DNA of 64,000 nt from Candidatus Heimdallarchaeota archaeon (GCA_016839945.1 JAEOTE010000090.1:1-64000); one strand, 5' to 3'. Positions 30,802 through 41,034 are shown, counted from the stretch's first letter. Notes: generated by a model not told the origin, from the sequence alone. Translations and numbers: made by a program.

Positions 30802-31962
30802 TTATTCTATTTTTTGTTCGCTCTTTTTAACAAATTTCTTTTGATTACAGGATGGACACCCTATCTCTTTTAGTTGCTCAATTGTACTGTATTTTCTATC
30901 ATAGCCTACTTCTAACACTTTCTTGCAGTTTTGGCATTCGTAAAAACGTACAGAAGGGGATTTGTCTCCAGTGTAAATAGAACCTTCAAAAATTCCTGAG
31001 ATTATTGGGGATAAAGGAGGAACTGCTACTAACCTATAGAATGCTGAAACCCCTCCAATTTTCTGTGCCCCAACATATCTATTAAAGCGAGGGTAAACAT
31101 TGGAGATGTAACAATTCATATTATGAAGATCTTTTTGAACTCCTAGCTGTTCTTTTGGATTTTTAAATGGGAAGGATAGATAAATTACAGCCAATCTATT
31201 TGATGAGAGTAATTCTATTCCTCTAGAAAGAAATAATGAGCACCCTTCTCTTGTATATGGAGGATCAGTTATAACACAATCAAAATTATCTTGAAATTCA
31301 TGGGGAACTGGTTTTAGTAAATCGTGTTCAATGAATCTAATATTCTTATTAAGTTCTTTATTAGCAGAATTAATAATCTCTTCCAATCTTTTATCAACAT
31401 CAAAAACTGTAACTTTGGCGTCTGAGTGAGTGAACAAAGTCAAAGCAATACTTGTTAAATCACTATCACCTATGAATGCGTAGTTTCTTCTAAATAAATC
31501 ATAATGATGACCCATAAGCAATACTCTAGATAGACTAGTTGCAGGTGTTGCAAAAGATTGATCTATCCTTGTATCGGGTTCTCCACGCAGTTCACAAAAC
31601 TTAGATAGAGTATCAAGTTCTTTCTTGTATTTTTCAAGTGGAATTAATTTTCCTTGTTCATCACAGCTTGTACATTCTAAATTTTGATTAAAAACTCCTA
31701 AAGAAGCTAGAATTTTTTCTCCTTCTTTAGTTAAATAAGAACCCACTTTTCCTCTTTTACACAAGTTTTTGTTAATGAATTCGTTTCTTATTGCTACACA
31801 TATTGGAACGGGTAGATTGCTTTCATGTGCTATTTTCTTCATTGGTTCATTAGGGAATCTCGCAATTGCAGCTAGAACAATAATTAAACCATACTCTCCT
31901 TCTTCAATATTAACATTCTTTTGAATATCTTGAAACACCTTAAGAAAGACATCCTTGGTCAT
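30802..31962 (-). CDS. bpsA: BpsA/DUF43-like aminopropyltransferase (branched-chain polyamine synthase homolog) with C-terminal zinc ribbon
   Basis: N-terminal wHTH + CxxC, DQ..AT..T..SR, IGDSDLTSIAL (canonical GDDD), D.D.R, HDL..P.P, FD...TDPPYT..G..LFLSRG, FN.Y.GA; terminal CQNC...CPSC. Confidence 0.8.
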   Translation of the reverse strand: MTKDVFLKVFQDIQKNVNIEEGEYGLIIVLAAIARFPNEPMKKIAHESNLPVPICVAIRNEFINKNLCKRGKVGSYLTKEGEKILASLGVFNQNLECTSCDEQGKLIPLEKYKKELDTLSKFCELRGEPDTRIDQSFATPATSLSRVLLMGHHYDLFRRNYAFIGDSDLTSIALTLFTHSDAKVTVFDVDKRLEEIINSANKELNKNIRFIEHDLLKPVPHEFQDNFDCVITDPPYTREGCSLFLSRGIELLSSNRLAVIYLSFPFKNPKEQLGVQKDLHNMNCYISNVYPRFNRYVGAQKIGGVSAFYRLVAVPPLSPIISGIFEGSIYTGDKSPSVRFYECQNCKKVLEVGYDRKYSTIEQLKEIGCPSCNQKKFVKKSEQKIE

Positions 31963-32070
31963 TAAAATATCAATGAAAGGATGTTTTTAATAGTTTTTCA
32001 ATTTGAAGACAAAACTTTTCTATTTTAGGTGAAATACAATGTTAAATAATAAGAAAATGTGAAAAATTAA

Positions 32071-33363
32071 ATGACTAAATCCAATTTTTTCAATATAGTC
32101 AACTTCTTTCCTTATCTAAAGTATAGAGAAAATATTCTAGAAGTAAAAGAAAAAACAGTTAATGAAATTATTCAAGAGTATCCAACACCGTTATTTCTTT
32201 TTATTCCAGATCGTTTTGAACAAAATTATAAGGAAATTAAAACAAACCTCAACAAATTCGTTCCAAACCTTTTTGTTACTTATGCAATGAAAGCAAATTA
32301 TCTAGGAAGAGTCTTGAGACAAACCAAACAATTAGGTCTTGGAATAGAAATAATGTCATTTTTTGAAATTTTACTAGCTGAAAAAGCTGGTTTTAGTTAT
32401 GATAATTTTGTTTTTAATGGACCGGCTAAAACAGCTGCAGAATTAGAACACACTATACAGAGGGGTATAAAATACCTCAATGTTGATTCTTTAAACGAAC
32501 TTAAATTAATCGAAGAAATTGCTAAAAAGAAAAATATCCAACAATCAATAACAGTTAGAATTCACCCACAATTAAGTGAGAATACAGAAAGGAGATTACT
32601 GATTAAGAAAAACAGTAAGCTTGGAATAGATTACTCAAGAGGAATAAAACTGTTTGAATATGCAAAGAGAAGTACCAACCTTAATCCTACAGGCGTTCAT
32701 ATCCACGTAGGAACAAATATAGTTTCTCATGATTTTTATGACGAATTGTTAGTTTTTGTTAATGATTATATTAATGATTTAGAAAATAGAAAAGGAATTC
32801 AGATTCAGGAAATTAATCTAGGTGGTGGTTTAGCTAGCAAATCAAAGCTAGATGAAAACGGTTTTAGTTTTGAAAAATTGGGAAAGCAAATCAACACTAA
32901 CATTGATAATATAAAGGACAAAATGGTAATCTTTGAACCAGGACGATATCTGGTAGAGGACAGTTTTATTGCTATTACAAGAGTTCTTAGAAGCAAAAAA
33001 TCATGGGGTCGAAAATGGGCTTTTGTAGATATTGGTGCAAATTCACTAATACCTATGCGATATTCAGAATATAGGATTATACCATCACATTACAAAGGGA
33101 AGGGACAGTATTGCAATATAGGTGGTCCTTTGTGTTTACCTGTTGATGTAATTACAAGTGAAGCAGTGGACTTCGAAATAGAGGAAGAGGATTTACTTGT
33201 TGTACTAAATTGTGGTGCTTATACTTTATCAATGAGTGAACAATTTGGATATCCTCGACCTGCTGTTTATGAGCTAGAAAATGATGGTGTTATTAAACTT
33301 CTAAAACCTTCAGATGATATAGATCAAATGGTGAAAGACTCTTTTTGGTCTGAAAAAACATAA
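32071..33363 (+). CDS. PLP-dependent Orn/DAP/Arg-family decarboxylase (LysA-like, substrate uncertain)
   Basis: YAMKAN (PLP lysine), NGPAK, SKLG, HIHVGT, NLGGG, FEPGRY, GPLC, GAY. Confidence 0.88.
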   Translation: MTKSNFFNIVNFFPYLKYRENILEVKEKTVNEIIQEYPTPLFLFIPDRFEQNYKEIKTNLNKFVPNLFVTYAMKANYLGRVLRQTKQLGLGIEIMSFFEILLAEKAGFSYDNFVFNGPAKTAAELEHTIQRGIKYLNVDSLNELKLIEEIAKKKNIQQSITVRIHPQLSENTERRLLIKKNSKLGIDYSRGIKLFEYAKRSTNLNPTGVHIHVGTNIVSHDFYDELLVFVNDYINDLENRKGIQIQEINLGGGLASKSKLDENGFSFEKLGKQINTNIDNIKDKMVIFEPGRYLVEDSFIAITRVLRSKKSWGRKWAFVDIGANSLIPMRYSEYRIIPSHYKGKGQYCNIGGPLCLPVDVITSEAVDFEIEEEDLLVVLNCGAYTLSMSEQFGYPRPAVYELENDGVIKLLKPSDDIDQMVKDSFWSEKT

Positions 33364-33383
33364 TTTTAGTTTTAGGGGCAACC

Positions 33384-33917
33384 TTGGTGGAGATATCTTT
33401 GAAAACAATTGAAGAAAGATTGAAAATATGTGCAGAACAATGCGGTAGTAAATGTTGTAAAAGCACTCAACCTGTATTAAGTTCGGAAGATTTTATGAGG
33501 ATCAAATCCAATACTGATAAAATTGATTGGTTTGAGGAAATAGAAGAAAACAATGAAATAATTCGATTAATTAGTAAAAAAAGAGAAAATAATGATTGCA
33601 TATTTCTGACAAACAAGGGAAGGTGTGAAATATATGAATATCGTCCATTAGATTGTATTTTATTTCCAATTTTTCTTAAGATTAAAGAGAGAGAACCACG
33701 TAAATACAATATTAGATGGTTAGTTTGGTATTGCCTACTATCAGAAAACGTTGGTATAGACACCTTGAAGCTTGAATCTAGAGGATTAGTGAAAAACTAT
33801 CTTTCATCGAAACCTCAGTATATTTTTGAATATCAAACTGCAATGTATAAGTCAGGAGGATATAAGAAAAAACATTTCTTGGAAGAAGAAAACTTAACTA
33901 TAGGTAATCAAGAGTGA
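33384..33917 (+). CDS. YkgJ-family cysteine-cluster (Zn/Fe-chelating) protein
   Basis: C..CG..CC, CIFL...RCEIYEYRP.DC.LFP. Confidence 0.88.
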   Translation: MVEISLKTIEERLKICAEQCGSKCCKSTQPVLSSEDFMRIKSNTDKIDWFEEIEENNEIIRLISKKRENNDCIFLTNKGRCEIYEYRPLDCILFPIFLKIKEREPRKYNIRWLVWYCLLSENVGIDTLKLESRGLVKNYLSSKPQYIFEYQTAMYKSGGYKKKHFLEEENLTIGNQE

Positions 33918-34915
33918 TAAAGATGAGTTCCATTTCTGTATTAATACCTACATTCAACAATGAAACCACCATAAGAGAATGTCTTCAATCAATCTCTAAA
34001 CAAACATTGAAACCTACTGAAATCATTGTAATAGATGGTCACTCAATAGACAAAACTGTTGATATTGCAAAAGAATTTGAATGTAAAGTATTGTTTGAAC
34101 AAGGGGGATCACGTGCAGCAGCTTGTAATGTTGGAGTCCCACAATCAGAAGGGGAACTTATTGTTTTCATTGATGCTGATGCGATAGCAAAGGAGGATTG
34201 GTTAGAAAATATAGTAAATGCATTTGAAGCACCTCATTCGACTCAAGTTGCATGTGTAACTGGTCCAAATATTGAGTATCCAAATGAATCTTTTTTTGGA
34301 AAAGCAGTTAGTTCAGTCTATAATACATTCATTGGAGGGAATTGGACTGAGCACATTCAAAGTATCTTCAATGAGAACAAAAGATATGTGCAAAGCGCTG
34401 CAGGATGCAATGCGGCTTACATTCGAAAACATCTTGAAGAAGTTATGCCTTTTAATGAAAACCTTCTTACAACAGAAGATACAGATATCAATTATCGTTT
34501 GTTACTCAAGGGATATGCAATTTATTTTGAGCCCAATGCAATAGTCTACCACCAACGTCCTCAAACGCATAAAGCATATAGAAAGAAAGCTAAAAAATAT
34601 GCAATTGGGAAAGTTCAGTTTTTCCGAGTTCATAAAACAGGATTAAATCTTGGTCACTTGTTTCCTCCTCTCTATTTCATCACAGGAATTTTCCTTATAC
34701 TTTCAATTTTTGCAAATTACTGGATAGGGGTAGGTATTGCTGGATATTTTAGCATGTATCTGCTTTCAGTTTTAATTGCATCAATTGTTCAATCAATCCG
34801 TTATAAGGAGTGGAAATATCTTTTCATTTTACCTATTATGTTCTTTGAAGGTCATTTATGGTGGAGCTTTGGGATCCTACAAGAAATCTTCTTACCAATT
34901 AAAAAAAGTGGATAG
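33914..34915 (+). CDS. Glycosyltransferase family 2 with C-terminal TM helices
   Basis: SVLIPTFN, IDGHS.D, DAD, TED, C-terminal hydrophobic segments. Confidence 0.92.
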   Translation: MIKMSSISVLIPTFNNETTIRECLQSISKQTLKPTEIIVIDGHSIDKTVDIAKEFECKVLFEQGGSRAAACNVGVPQSEGELIVFIDADAIAKEDWLENIVNAFEAPHSTQVACVTGPNIEYPNESFFGKAVSSVYNTFIGGNWTEHIQSIFNENKRYVQSAAGCNAAYIRKHLEEVMPFNENLLTTEDTDINYRLLLKGYAIYFEPNAIVYHQRPQTHKAYRKKAKKYAIGKVQFFRVHKTGLNLGHLFPPLYFITGIFLILSIFANYWIGVGIAGYFSMYLLSVLIASIVQSIRYKEWKYLFILPIMFFEGHLWWSFGILQEIFLPIKKSG

Positions 34916-34917
34916 AC

Positions 34918-36135
34918 ATGCCATTAAACATTGCAATGTTATTTGAGTTAGGACCAGACGATAATGGAAGAATAGGCGGTGGGGTTGAATTGCATGCTAC
35001 AAACCTATCTAAGGAACTAACTAAAAGAGGGCATAAAGTAACATACATAACTGGTGCTGTACCAAACTGTGATAATGAAACAATAATTGAGGGAGTTAAG
35101 TATAAAAGAATAGATTTTTGTTCATTTATCAGAAAGGCTTACAATCCACAACATCTAAACTTTTCAAGGCAACTATTTTTCTTAATTAAAAATAGAATCT
35201 CATCTCTAAATAGAATAGTTGGTAATGAAGATTTTGATATTTTTCATGGGCATGTTTACTCATCTGGTTTGTCTGCTAGCCATTTAGCAAGAAAAACGAA
35301 AAGTGCATTTGTAAACACCGTACATGGTTCTTATTACAAATACTGGGATCAAATCACAAAAAATCGTCTATCTTCGAGCATTTACAAACTGATGGAAAGA
35401 CAAATTGTCCCTTTTTTAGTTAAGAAATGTAAATATCAAATACACACAGATTATGATTTTGCAGAATTGGTAAAAGGTTGGATTAAACCGAGAATGAAAT
35501 CAAAGATTACTACAATACTTAATGGTGTAGATGTTAAACGATTTAATCCACAAATCAAAAAAAATTCAGAATTAGGAAATGAGAAAGGACCGTTAATAAT
35601 TACTACTCGACGTTTGGTTACCAAGAATGGTGTAATTTACCTAGTTAAAGGTTTTAAAGAGGTATTGAAGAAGTTTCCAAATGCTAAACTATTTATTATT
35701 GGAGATGGTCCTGAAAAAGAAAGAATCAGAAAAGAAATACAAACTCAGAAAATTAAGACTAGTACTCGATTAATTGGAATGATACCAAACAATGAAATTC
35801 CAACATATTTAGCAGCTGCAGATATTGTTGTTGTTCCTAGTATTGTAGAAGCATCTAGTATTAGTGTTTTAGAAGCTATGGCCATGAAACTACCTATCGT
35901 TGCTTCAGATATCCCTGGAATAAGAGAAATTACAAATTTTGGTGAAAATTGCGTTTTAGTTCCGTCAAAAGACCCTAAATCAATAGCAGAAGGGATATTG
36001 AGATTATTGAATTCCAAAGAAGAATCAGAAAAACTTGCTAATTCGGGATATCAAGAAGTTTTACAAAATTATACTTGGGAGAAGAAAGCTAAAGAAATTG
36101 AACAAATATACTATAATGCGTTAGATGGAAAATGA
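34918..36135 (+). CDS. Glycosyltransferase family 4
   Basis: GGGVE, HGH, NGVD, VPS..EA.SISVLEAMA. Confidence 0.92.
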   Translation: MPLNIAMLFELGPDDNGRIGGGVELHATNLSKELTKRGHKVTYITGAVPNCDNETIIEGVKYKRIDFCSFIRKAYNPQHLNFSRQLFFLIKNRISSLNRIVGNEDFDIFHGHVYSSGLSASHLARKTKSAFVNTVHGSYYKYWDQITKNRLSSSIYKLMERQIVPFLVKKCKYQIHTDYDFAELVKGWIKPRMKSKITTILNGVDVKRFNPQIKKNSELGNEKGPLIITTRRLVTKNGVIYLVKGFKEVLKKFPNAKLFIIGDGPEKERIRKEIQTQKIKTSTRLIGMIPNNEIPTYLAAADIVVVPSIVEASSISVLEAMAMKLPIVASDIPGIREITNFGENCVLVPSKDPKSIAEGILRLLNSKEESEKLANSGYQEVLQNYTWEKKAKEIEQIYYNALDGK

Positions 36136-37019
36136 TCACTGAAACAAATTTCTGTTTAAGAGTTGATGTAGATACCTTTGAAGGTCTGAAGTATGGGATA
36201 CCAAAAATCATACGACTTTCAAAAGAACTAGATTTTCCAGTGACTATTTATCTAAGCTTAGGAAAATTTGCAACAGGCAGAAACATTTTCAGAATTATAA
36301 AAACTAGAAAAAACGTTCAACTAAACATACAAGGTTTTAAACGAAATTATAAGCGAAGTTTAGTTCGAGGTTTAATTCTACCCTCCAAAACAATAGGGAG
36401 TAAAGAGAAAGAGTTATTGAATACCTACACCAAAGATGAATTATTAGAATTTCATCCACATGGTTTTAATCATATTAAATGGTCATCAAATTTTGATAAT
36501 TTTTCTTATGAAAAAACAGAAGAATACATTGAAGCTATAATAAATGATTATGAGTTAATATTTAACAAAAAACCAACCGCAAATGCAGCACCTAATTTTC
36601 AAACAAATAACCATTATTTCAAATTATTAAGAAAACTAGGTTTTGATTTCTCTTCTGATTTTTATAAAATGCCACCATTCAATTTGGAAATTGATAAAAC
36701 AAAAAAGAATTCAAAATCTTGCGAAATCACACAGTTAACAGTCACAGAACCAACAATTGAGGAGCTACTTCTAAAGGGAAAATCTATAGATCAAATTAAA
36801 AACACATATGAAAAAACGTTTGAAGGATATGTAGATCAAGAGGTAGATTATGTTTGTATGTATGTCCATTCTGTTTTTGAGCCTATAAGATTAGAGAAGG
36901 TGTTGCATGAAATATGTCAATTGACATACAAACTAGATATGAAACCATCAACCCATAGTAATTTCTATAAAAAAGTAAAAGAACTACCAAAAATAAAATA
37001 TTCAGAATTACCAAAGTGA
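36132..37019 (+). CDS. Polysaccharide deacetylase / ArnD-like deformylase
   Basis: LRVDVDTFEG..YGIP N-terminus as in ArnD, HGFNH..W, AAP, FSSD, H...E. Confidence 0.72.
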   Translation: MITETNFCLRVDVDTFEGLKYGIPKIIRLSKELDFPVTIYLSLGKFATGRNIFRIIKTRKNVQLNIQGFKRNYKRSLVRGLILPSKTIGSKEKELLNTYTKDELLEFHPHGFNHIKWSSNFDNFSYEKTEEYIEAIINDYELIFNKKPTANAAPNFQTNNHYFKLLRKLGFDFSSDFYKMPPFNLEIDKTKKNSKSCEITQLTVTEPTIEELLLKGKSIDQIKNTYEKTFEGYVDQEVDYVCMYVHSVFEPIRLEKVLHEICQLTYKLDMKPSTHSNFYKKVKELPKIKYSELPK

Positions 37020-37026
37020 GTAAACC

Positions 37027-38175
37027 ATGGATGACAAATCTGTATGTCTCATGACACAAGAATACAGAAGAGGAGCTACTTGGATTTATTGCTATAACTT
37101 AGCTAAAGAGTTTAATAGAGAAAATGAATGGAAAGCTCAAGTAATTTCAGCTCTAAAGAAGAAACAGAAAGAAGTTTTTTCAGATTTAGATGCTCTAAAA
37201 TTAATAAAAACATCATCTTCAAAATATTTTTACTCTAGAAATTATTGGAGAAAATCCAGAGCATTAGTTAATCAAATTGATCCTACAATAGTGCATGGAA
37301 ACATGAATATGCTTTCTTCACTTGGAATTAAAGAGGACTATCCAATTGTTGAAACAATTCATACAACTTTTAGTAGAGAAAAAATGGGAACAATTGGTAT
37401 GCCTTTTCAATCTTTGACTTGGGTTGAAAAAAGAGTCGTACTGTTATATAAACTCTTGAAAAGAAAAGAAACTCAACTTTTACAAAGAGCAAAACACCTC
37501 ATAGCTGTAAGTGATGCCATAAAAGAAGAGTTAATTGAAAAGTATTCTATGAACTCTGATAAAATAACTACTATACCTAATGGAGTAGATATTGATACAC
37601 ATCACAAAACAGACGAAAAGATATATGAAAAAAATGAAGACGAGTTTATACTAGGTTTTCTGGGAAGAATGACAATAGGAAAAGGTGCAAAGTTACTTCT
37701 TCCTATATTAAAGAAAGTAAAAAAAGAGATTCCTAATGTTAAATTACTAACTGCTGGTGACGATTTAAACACAAAAGTAGAGATTATTCAGTTAATTCAT
37801 GATTATGGTTTGAGCAAAAATATCATAGATTTTGGATATATTTATGACATACAAAAGAAGAATTCCTTTTTTAGTTCTCTAGACATTTTTCTATTGCCTT
37901 CAAGTCATGAAGGGATGAATCTAACACTTCTAGAATCACTGGCTTGTGAAACTCCAGTACTTACAACAAAAGAAGCTATCACTTTTGAACATAACAATAC
38001 TTTCGTTACTACAACTAGAAACGTAAAAGACATTGTAGATAAAATAATTGAACTTTATAATAATCCAAATACTTTGGACAAAATAAGAAATAAGTCAAGA
38101 TCCGTTGCTGAAAAATATACTTGGAAGAACACTACAATGTTAACTAAAAGAGTATATGATGATGTGTTAAACTAG
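37027..38175 (+). CDS. Glycosyltransferase family 4
   Basis: IAVS, IPNGVD, GFLGR...KG, LPS.HEG..LTLLESLAC. Confidence 0.9.
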   Translation: MDDKSVCLMTQEYRRGATWIYCYNLAKEFNRENEWKAQVISALKKKQKEVFSDLDALKLIKTSSSKYFYSRNYWRKSRALVNQIDPTIVHGNMNMLSSLGIKEDYPIVETIHTTFSREKMGTIGMPFQSLTWVEKRVVLLYKLLKRKETQLLQRAKHLIAVSDAIKEELIEKYSMNSDKITTIPNGVDIDTHHKTDEKIYEKNEDEFILGFLGRMTIGKGAKLLLPILKKVKKEIPNVKLLTAGDDLNTKVEIIQLIHDYGLSKNIIDFGYIYDIQKKNSFFSSLDIFLLPSSHEGMNLTLLESLACETPVLTTKEAITFEHNNTFVTTTRNVKDIVDKIIELYNNPNTLDKIRNKSRSVAEKYTWKNTTMLTKRVYDDVLN

Positions 38176-38196
38176 CTAGCATATACTCTTTCGATT

Positions 38197-39198
38197 TTAA
38201 GCTTCTTCTTCTGTAATTTCAGGAGAAGATGCTTCATCTTGTTTTTTGGGTTTTTTCTTTTCCCCTATTGGTAGAATAAATAGCCAGAATATTGGCACCC
38301 AAAGAATTAGGAAAGCATATCCAAGATAATCGTGTATTGGTCCAGCAATAGACCAATCTTTAAAGTAGAAAATGACAACTATAATCAATACACGAATCAG
38401 ATTTACAATATAAGTTCCCACTATTCCTATTAAAGCCACTAAAGCGGTTCTATAATTCCACTTCAATCTTTTTCTTGCTTCAAATAGCATAAGCAGAAAA
38501 ATTGCTAGAAAAATAGTAAGAGAGTGAATGCCACTGCATCTAGCATCTACGCCTATACTTTTTGTCCCGTTAGGACTATTAAAAGTAAGTAATGTCATTC
38601 CTATGCCCTCATCCCAATTCGCACTTAGAACATTTAAACCAAACAATTTTGCTAATCCAGCAGTAGCTGAACCTGTTAGTTTTGTTAACCATTCAGCTAC
38701 AGATAGTTTGAAGAGATGTTCATCTATTCCTGAATAAATCAAAGTGTAAAAAATGGCAGTCAATAAAACCATGTAAAGTCCTGGTGATCTGTACTTTCTA
38801 AAAAAAGAGTCATCCCATGTTAGATAAAAAAGTGCAATTAAGGCAAAAACCAATGCTAACGGAACAAGCAAATTCACAGAAATCTGTGAATTGACGAATA
38901 TTATTGCATACTCAAAGTGTCTATATCTTTCAAATAAAATATAGAAATAGACAACAAAACCTATTAAAATAAATGAAATGCTATATCTTAAGATTCGTTT
39001 TTTTAGTATAGTAGTTACTGGTGAGATATAATTTGTAAACTCATCATACTTTTCTTTTGTTTTTGATTTTAGTGTACTAGTTTTTTCCTTCACTCGGTGT
39101 AAAAAGGTATCAGATTCATTTTTTTGTTCTTTTTTTGATCCAGTAGAATCAAGAACCTCAGGAGTGTCTTCTAAATCCTTTTTATTCAACATCCACAC
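38197..39198 (-). CDS. Exosortase/archaeosortase family transpeptidase
   Basis: Catalytic triad contexts V.ARCSG (Cys), VNLIRV (Arg) and IHDYLG (His) in a multi-TM protein. Confidence 0.88.
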   Translation of the reverse strand: MWMLNKKDLEDTPEVLDSTGSKKEQKNESDTFLHRVKEKTSTLKSKTKEKYDEFTNYISPVTTILKKRILRYSISFILIGFVVYFYILFERYRHFEYAIIFVNSQISVNLLVPLALVFALIALFYLTWDDSFFRKYRSPGLYMVLLTAIFYTLIYSGIDEHLFKLSVAEWLTKLTGSATAGLAKLFGLNVLSANWDEGIGMTLLTFNSPNGTKSIGVDARCSGIHSLTIFLAIFLLMLFEARKRLKWNYRTALVALIGIVGTYIVNLIRVLIIVVIFYFKDWSIAGPIHDYLGYAFLILWVPIFWLFILPIGEKKKPKKQDEASSPEITEEEA

Positions 39199-39326
39199 CA
39201 GATTTATTTTATGTCATTGACTTAAATGGAATTGTGATAATCTTCATATGATTCTCTCTCTCTTTGTTAAATCTAACGTTATTTCAAAGACAAAAAAAAG
39301 TTGGAGGGAATTGATTTTTCTAAGTT

Positions 39327-39536
39327 TTAGTCATCTTCGAAAATTATGTTATTGTAAGCAAAATCCACATTTGGAAATTTGAAATCTGTAGATTGCTTAG
39401 CAGCATAATGTTCTCTGTAAAAATCCCTTAAAGCAAGCCTTATTGCCTCTGACCTAGATGCATATTTCCCCTGCAGAACCATTTCGTCTAGTATTTCGAC
39501 AAATTCACTCGGTAGTCTGATTGAAATTAGATTCAT
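39327..39536 (-). CDS. Ribbon-helix-helix (CopG/CdrS-like) regulator, second copy
   Basis: ISIRLP...LDEMV..GKYASRSEAIRLALRD; GGGGTG SD upstream. Confidence 0.87.
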   Translation of the reverse strand: MNLISIRLPSEFVEILDEMVLQGKYASRSEAIRLALRDFYREHYAAKQSTDFKFPNVDFAYNNIIFEDD

Positions 39537-39749
39537 ATATTCACCCCAAGGACAAAATCCTATTTTGAATCACTTAAAGCTATATGTTTTGTCACATTTA
39601 TACATTTGTAACACAATTGCTTGTATAGAATTTTGTGTTGTACCCTCGCTCGATGATTTTCTATTTAAGGTTTGCCCAAGTTTCGACAAAAAACAAAAAA
39701 ATTTCGACAAGAGAAGAAAAATAGTTGAGCTTCTTGAATAAAAATAGAA

Positions 39750-40319
39750 TCAAAGAATGATTTCTTTATTACACTCTTCACAAGAGAGCTTTGTTCCTTT
39801 GGGTAAAATGCTAGTTGTTTTCTTAGCAACATTCCCACAGTAACAAACATAACCGTTAAGTCTTGCTGGATTACCAAAGACAAGTGCAAAGGAAGGTACA
39901 TCTTTGGATACCAAACTTCCTGCCCCTATCATTGAATGATCTCCTATTGTAAGACCGCAGATTACTGTAGAATTTGCTCCTATGGAAGCACCTTCTTTTA
40001 CTAGTGTTTTAATTAATTCCCAATCTTGATTTGTGGCTCGTGGTAGAAGATCATTTGTGAAGCATACATGAGGACCAACAAAAACATCATCCTCAATAGT
40101 AACACCTTGATATATCGAAACAAAATTTTGCACTTTTACATTATTCCCTATAGAGACATTAGCATCTATGAAGACGGACTTACCAAAAATACAGTTTTTA
40201 CCGATCTTTGCTCCTGTTCTTACTTGAACCTGATGCCAGATTTTTGTATTATCTCCTATTGTAACATTGTCTTCTATGAATGCTGTAGGGTGCGCAAAAT
40301 AATTCTTATCTTCACTCAT
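39750..40319 (-). CDS. Hexapeptide-repeat sugar N-acyltransferase (WbpD/WlbB-like) with C-terminal Cys ribbon
   Basis: HPTA, IWH, KVQN.VSIY.GV.IEDDVF.GP...FTND..PR, GNPAR..G.VC.CG. Confidence 0.88.
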   Translation of the reverse strand: MSEDKNYFAHPTAFIEDNVTIGDNTKIWHQVQVRTGAKIGKNCIFGKSVFIDANVSIGNNVKVQNFVSIYQGVTIEDDVFVGPHVCFTNDLLPRATNQDWELIKTLVKEGASIGANSTVICGLTIGDHSMIGAGSLVSKDVPSFALVFGNPARLNGYVCYCGNVAKKTTSILPKGTKLSCEECNKEIIL

Positions 40320-40362
40320 AAATCTTTGAAAGTAATAAGAAATAATAAAGTTTGCTTCTATC

Positions 40363-41034
40363 TTAAATTAAGAAGTAAAATAACATTACAGCGATATAGG
40401 CTAATCCACTGGCAAAAAAGCCAATAGACTTAGGAGTTTCGTGTTCAGCACTTAAACCAATCGCAATCATTATGTGTGAGTACAGAAACGTTGTTGGAAC
40501 AAGGATTGTGTCTGCAATTTTATACCCCCATGTTGCAGTATTAAAAGCTTCAAAGATATTGAAATCAGCAACATCAGTTTGGATTACAACCTCTGGTTGA
40601 GTTGCAGCAATAGCTAATAATACTAGTACTCCAACAACTACAGGAATTTGTGAGATACAATAAATGGAGAGTGTTTTAAGATATTTCCCCTTTCCTCCCA
40701 AGTATCTTAATAATCCATATAGAATCGTTGCCCATATGAGTATTTGAGGGGCGGTGGATGTTAGAATCCCAACAAGAAAACTCTCTTTTACACTTGCTAC
40801 TTCACTTTCGATTACTGGATTAAATTCTATTTTGTTGAATAATAAAAAGAAATTGCCAACCTTTATTCCTGTTAGGACAAATACTATGATTAGAGGAACT
40901 ACAATTAGATAGGAATTTGTCATTCCTTTGAAACTACTGGAATCTAATAAATGGTGCCCAACTAACCTTCTAAAGGGAGCGGTTTTGTAAGGATTGTAAA
41001 AACCGCTTTCCTCATCACCTAATTCTACATTCAT
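40363..41034 (-). CDS. Yip1-domain membrane protein
   Basis: About 5 TMs; ..LGGKG.Y.KTLSIY.ISQIP motif characteristic of Yip1-like domains. Confidence 0.62.
   Translation of the reverse strand: MNVELGDEESGFYNPYKTAPFRRLVGHHLLDSSSFKGMTNSYLIVVPLIIVFVLTGIKVGNFFLLFNKIEFNPVIESEVASVKESFLVGILTSTAPQILIWATILYGLLRYLGGKGKYLKTLSIYCISQIPVVVGVLVLLAIAATQPEVVIQTDVADFNIFEAFNTATWGYKIADTILVPTTFLYSHIMIAIGLSAEHETPKSIGFFASGLAYIAVMLFYFLI

Noticed and set aside
32071-33363. Firm lysA assignment
   Set aside because: Family motifs are clear, but no lysine-pathway genes are adjacent and the context (BpsA-like, GTs, sortase) allows other substrates.
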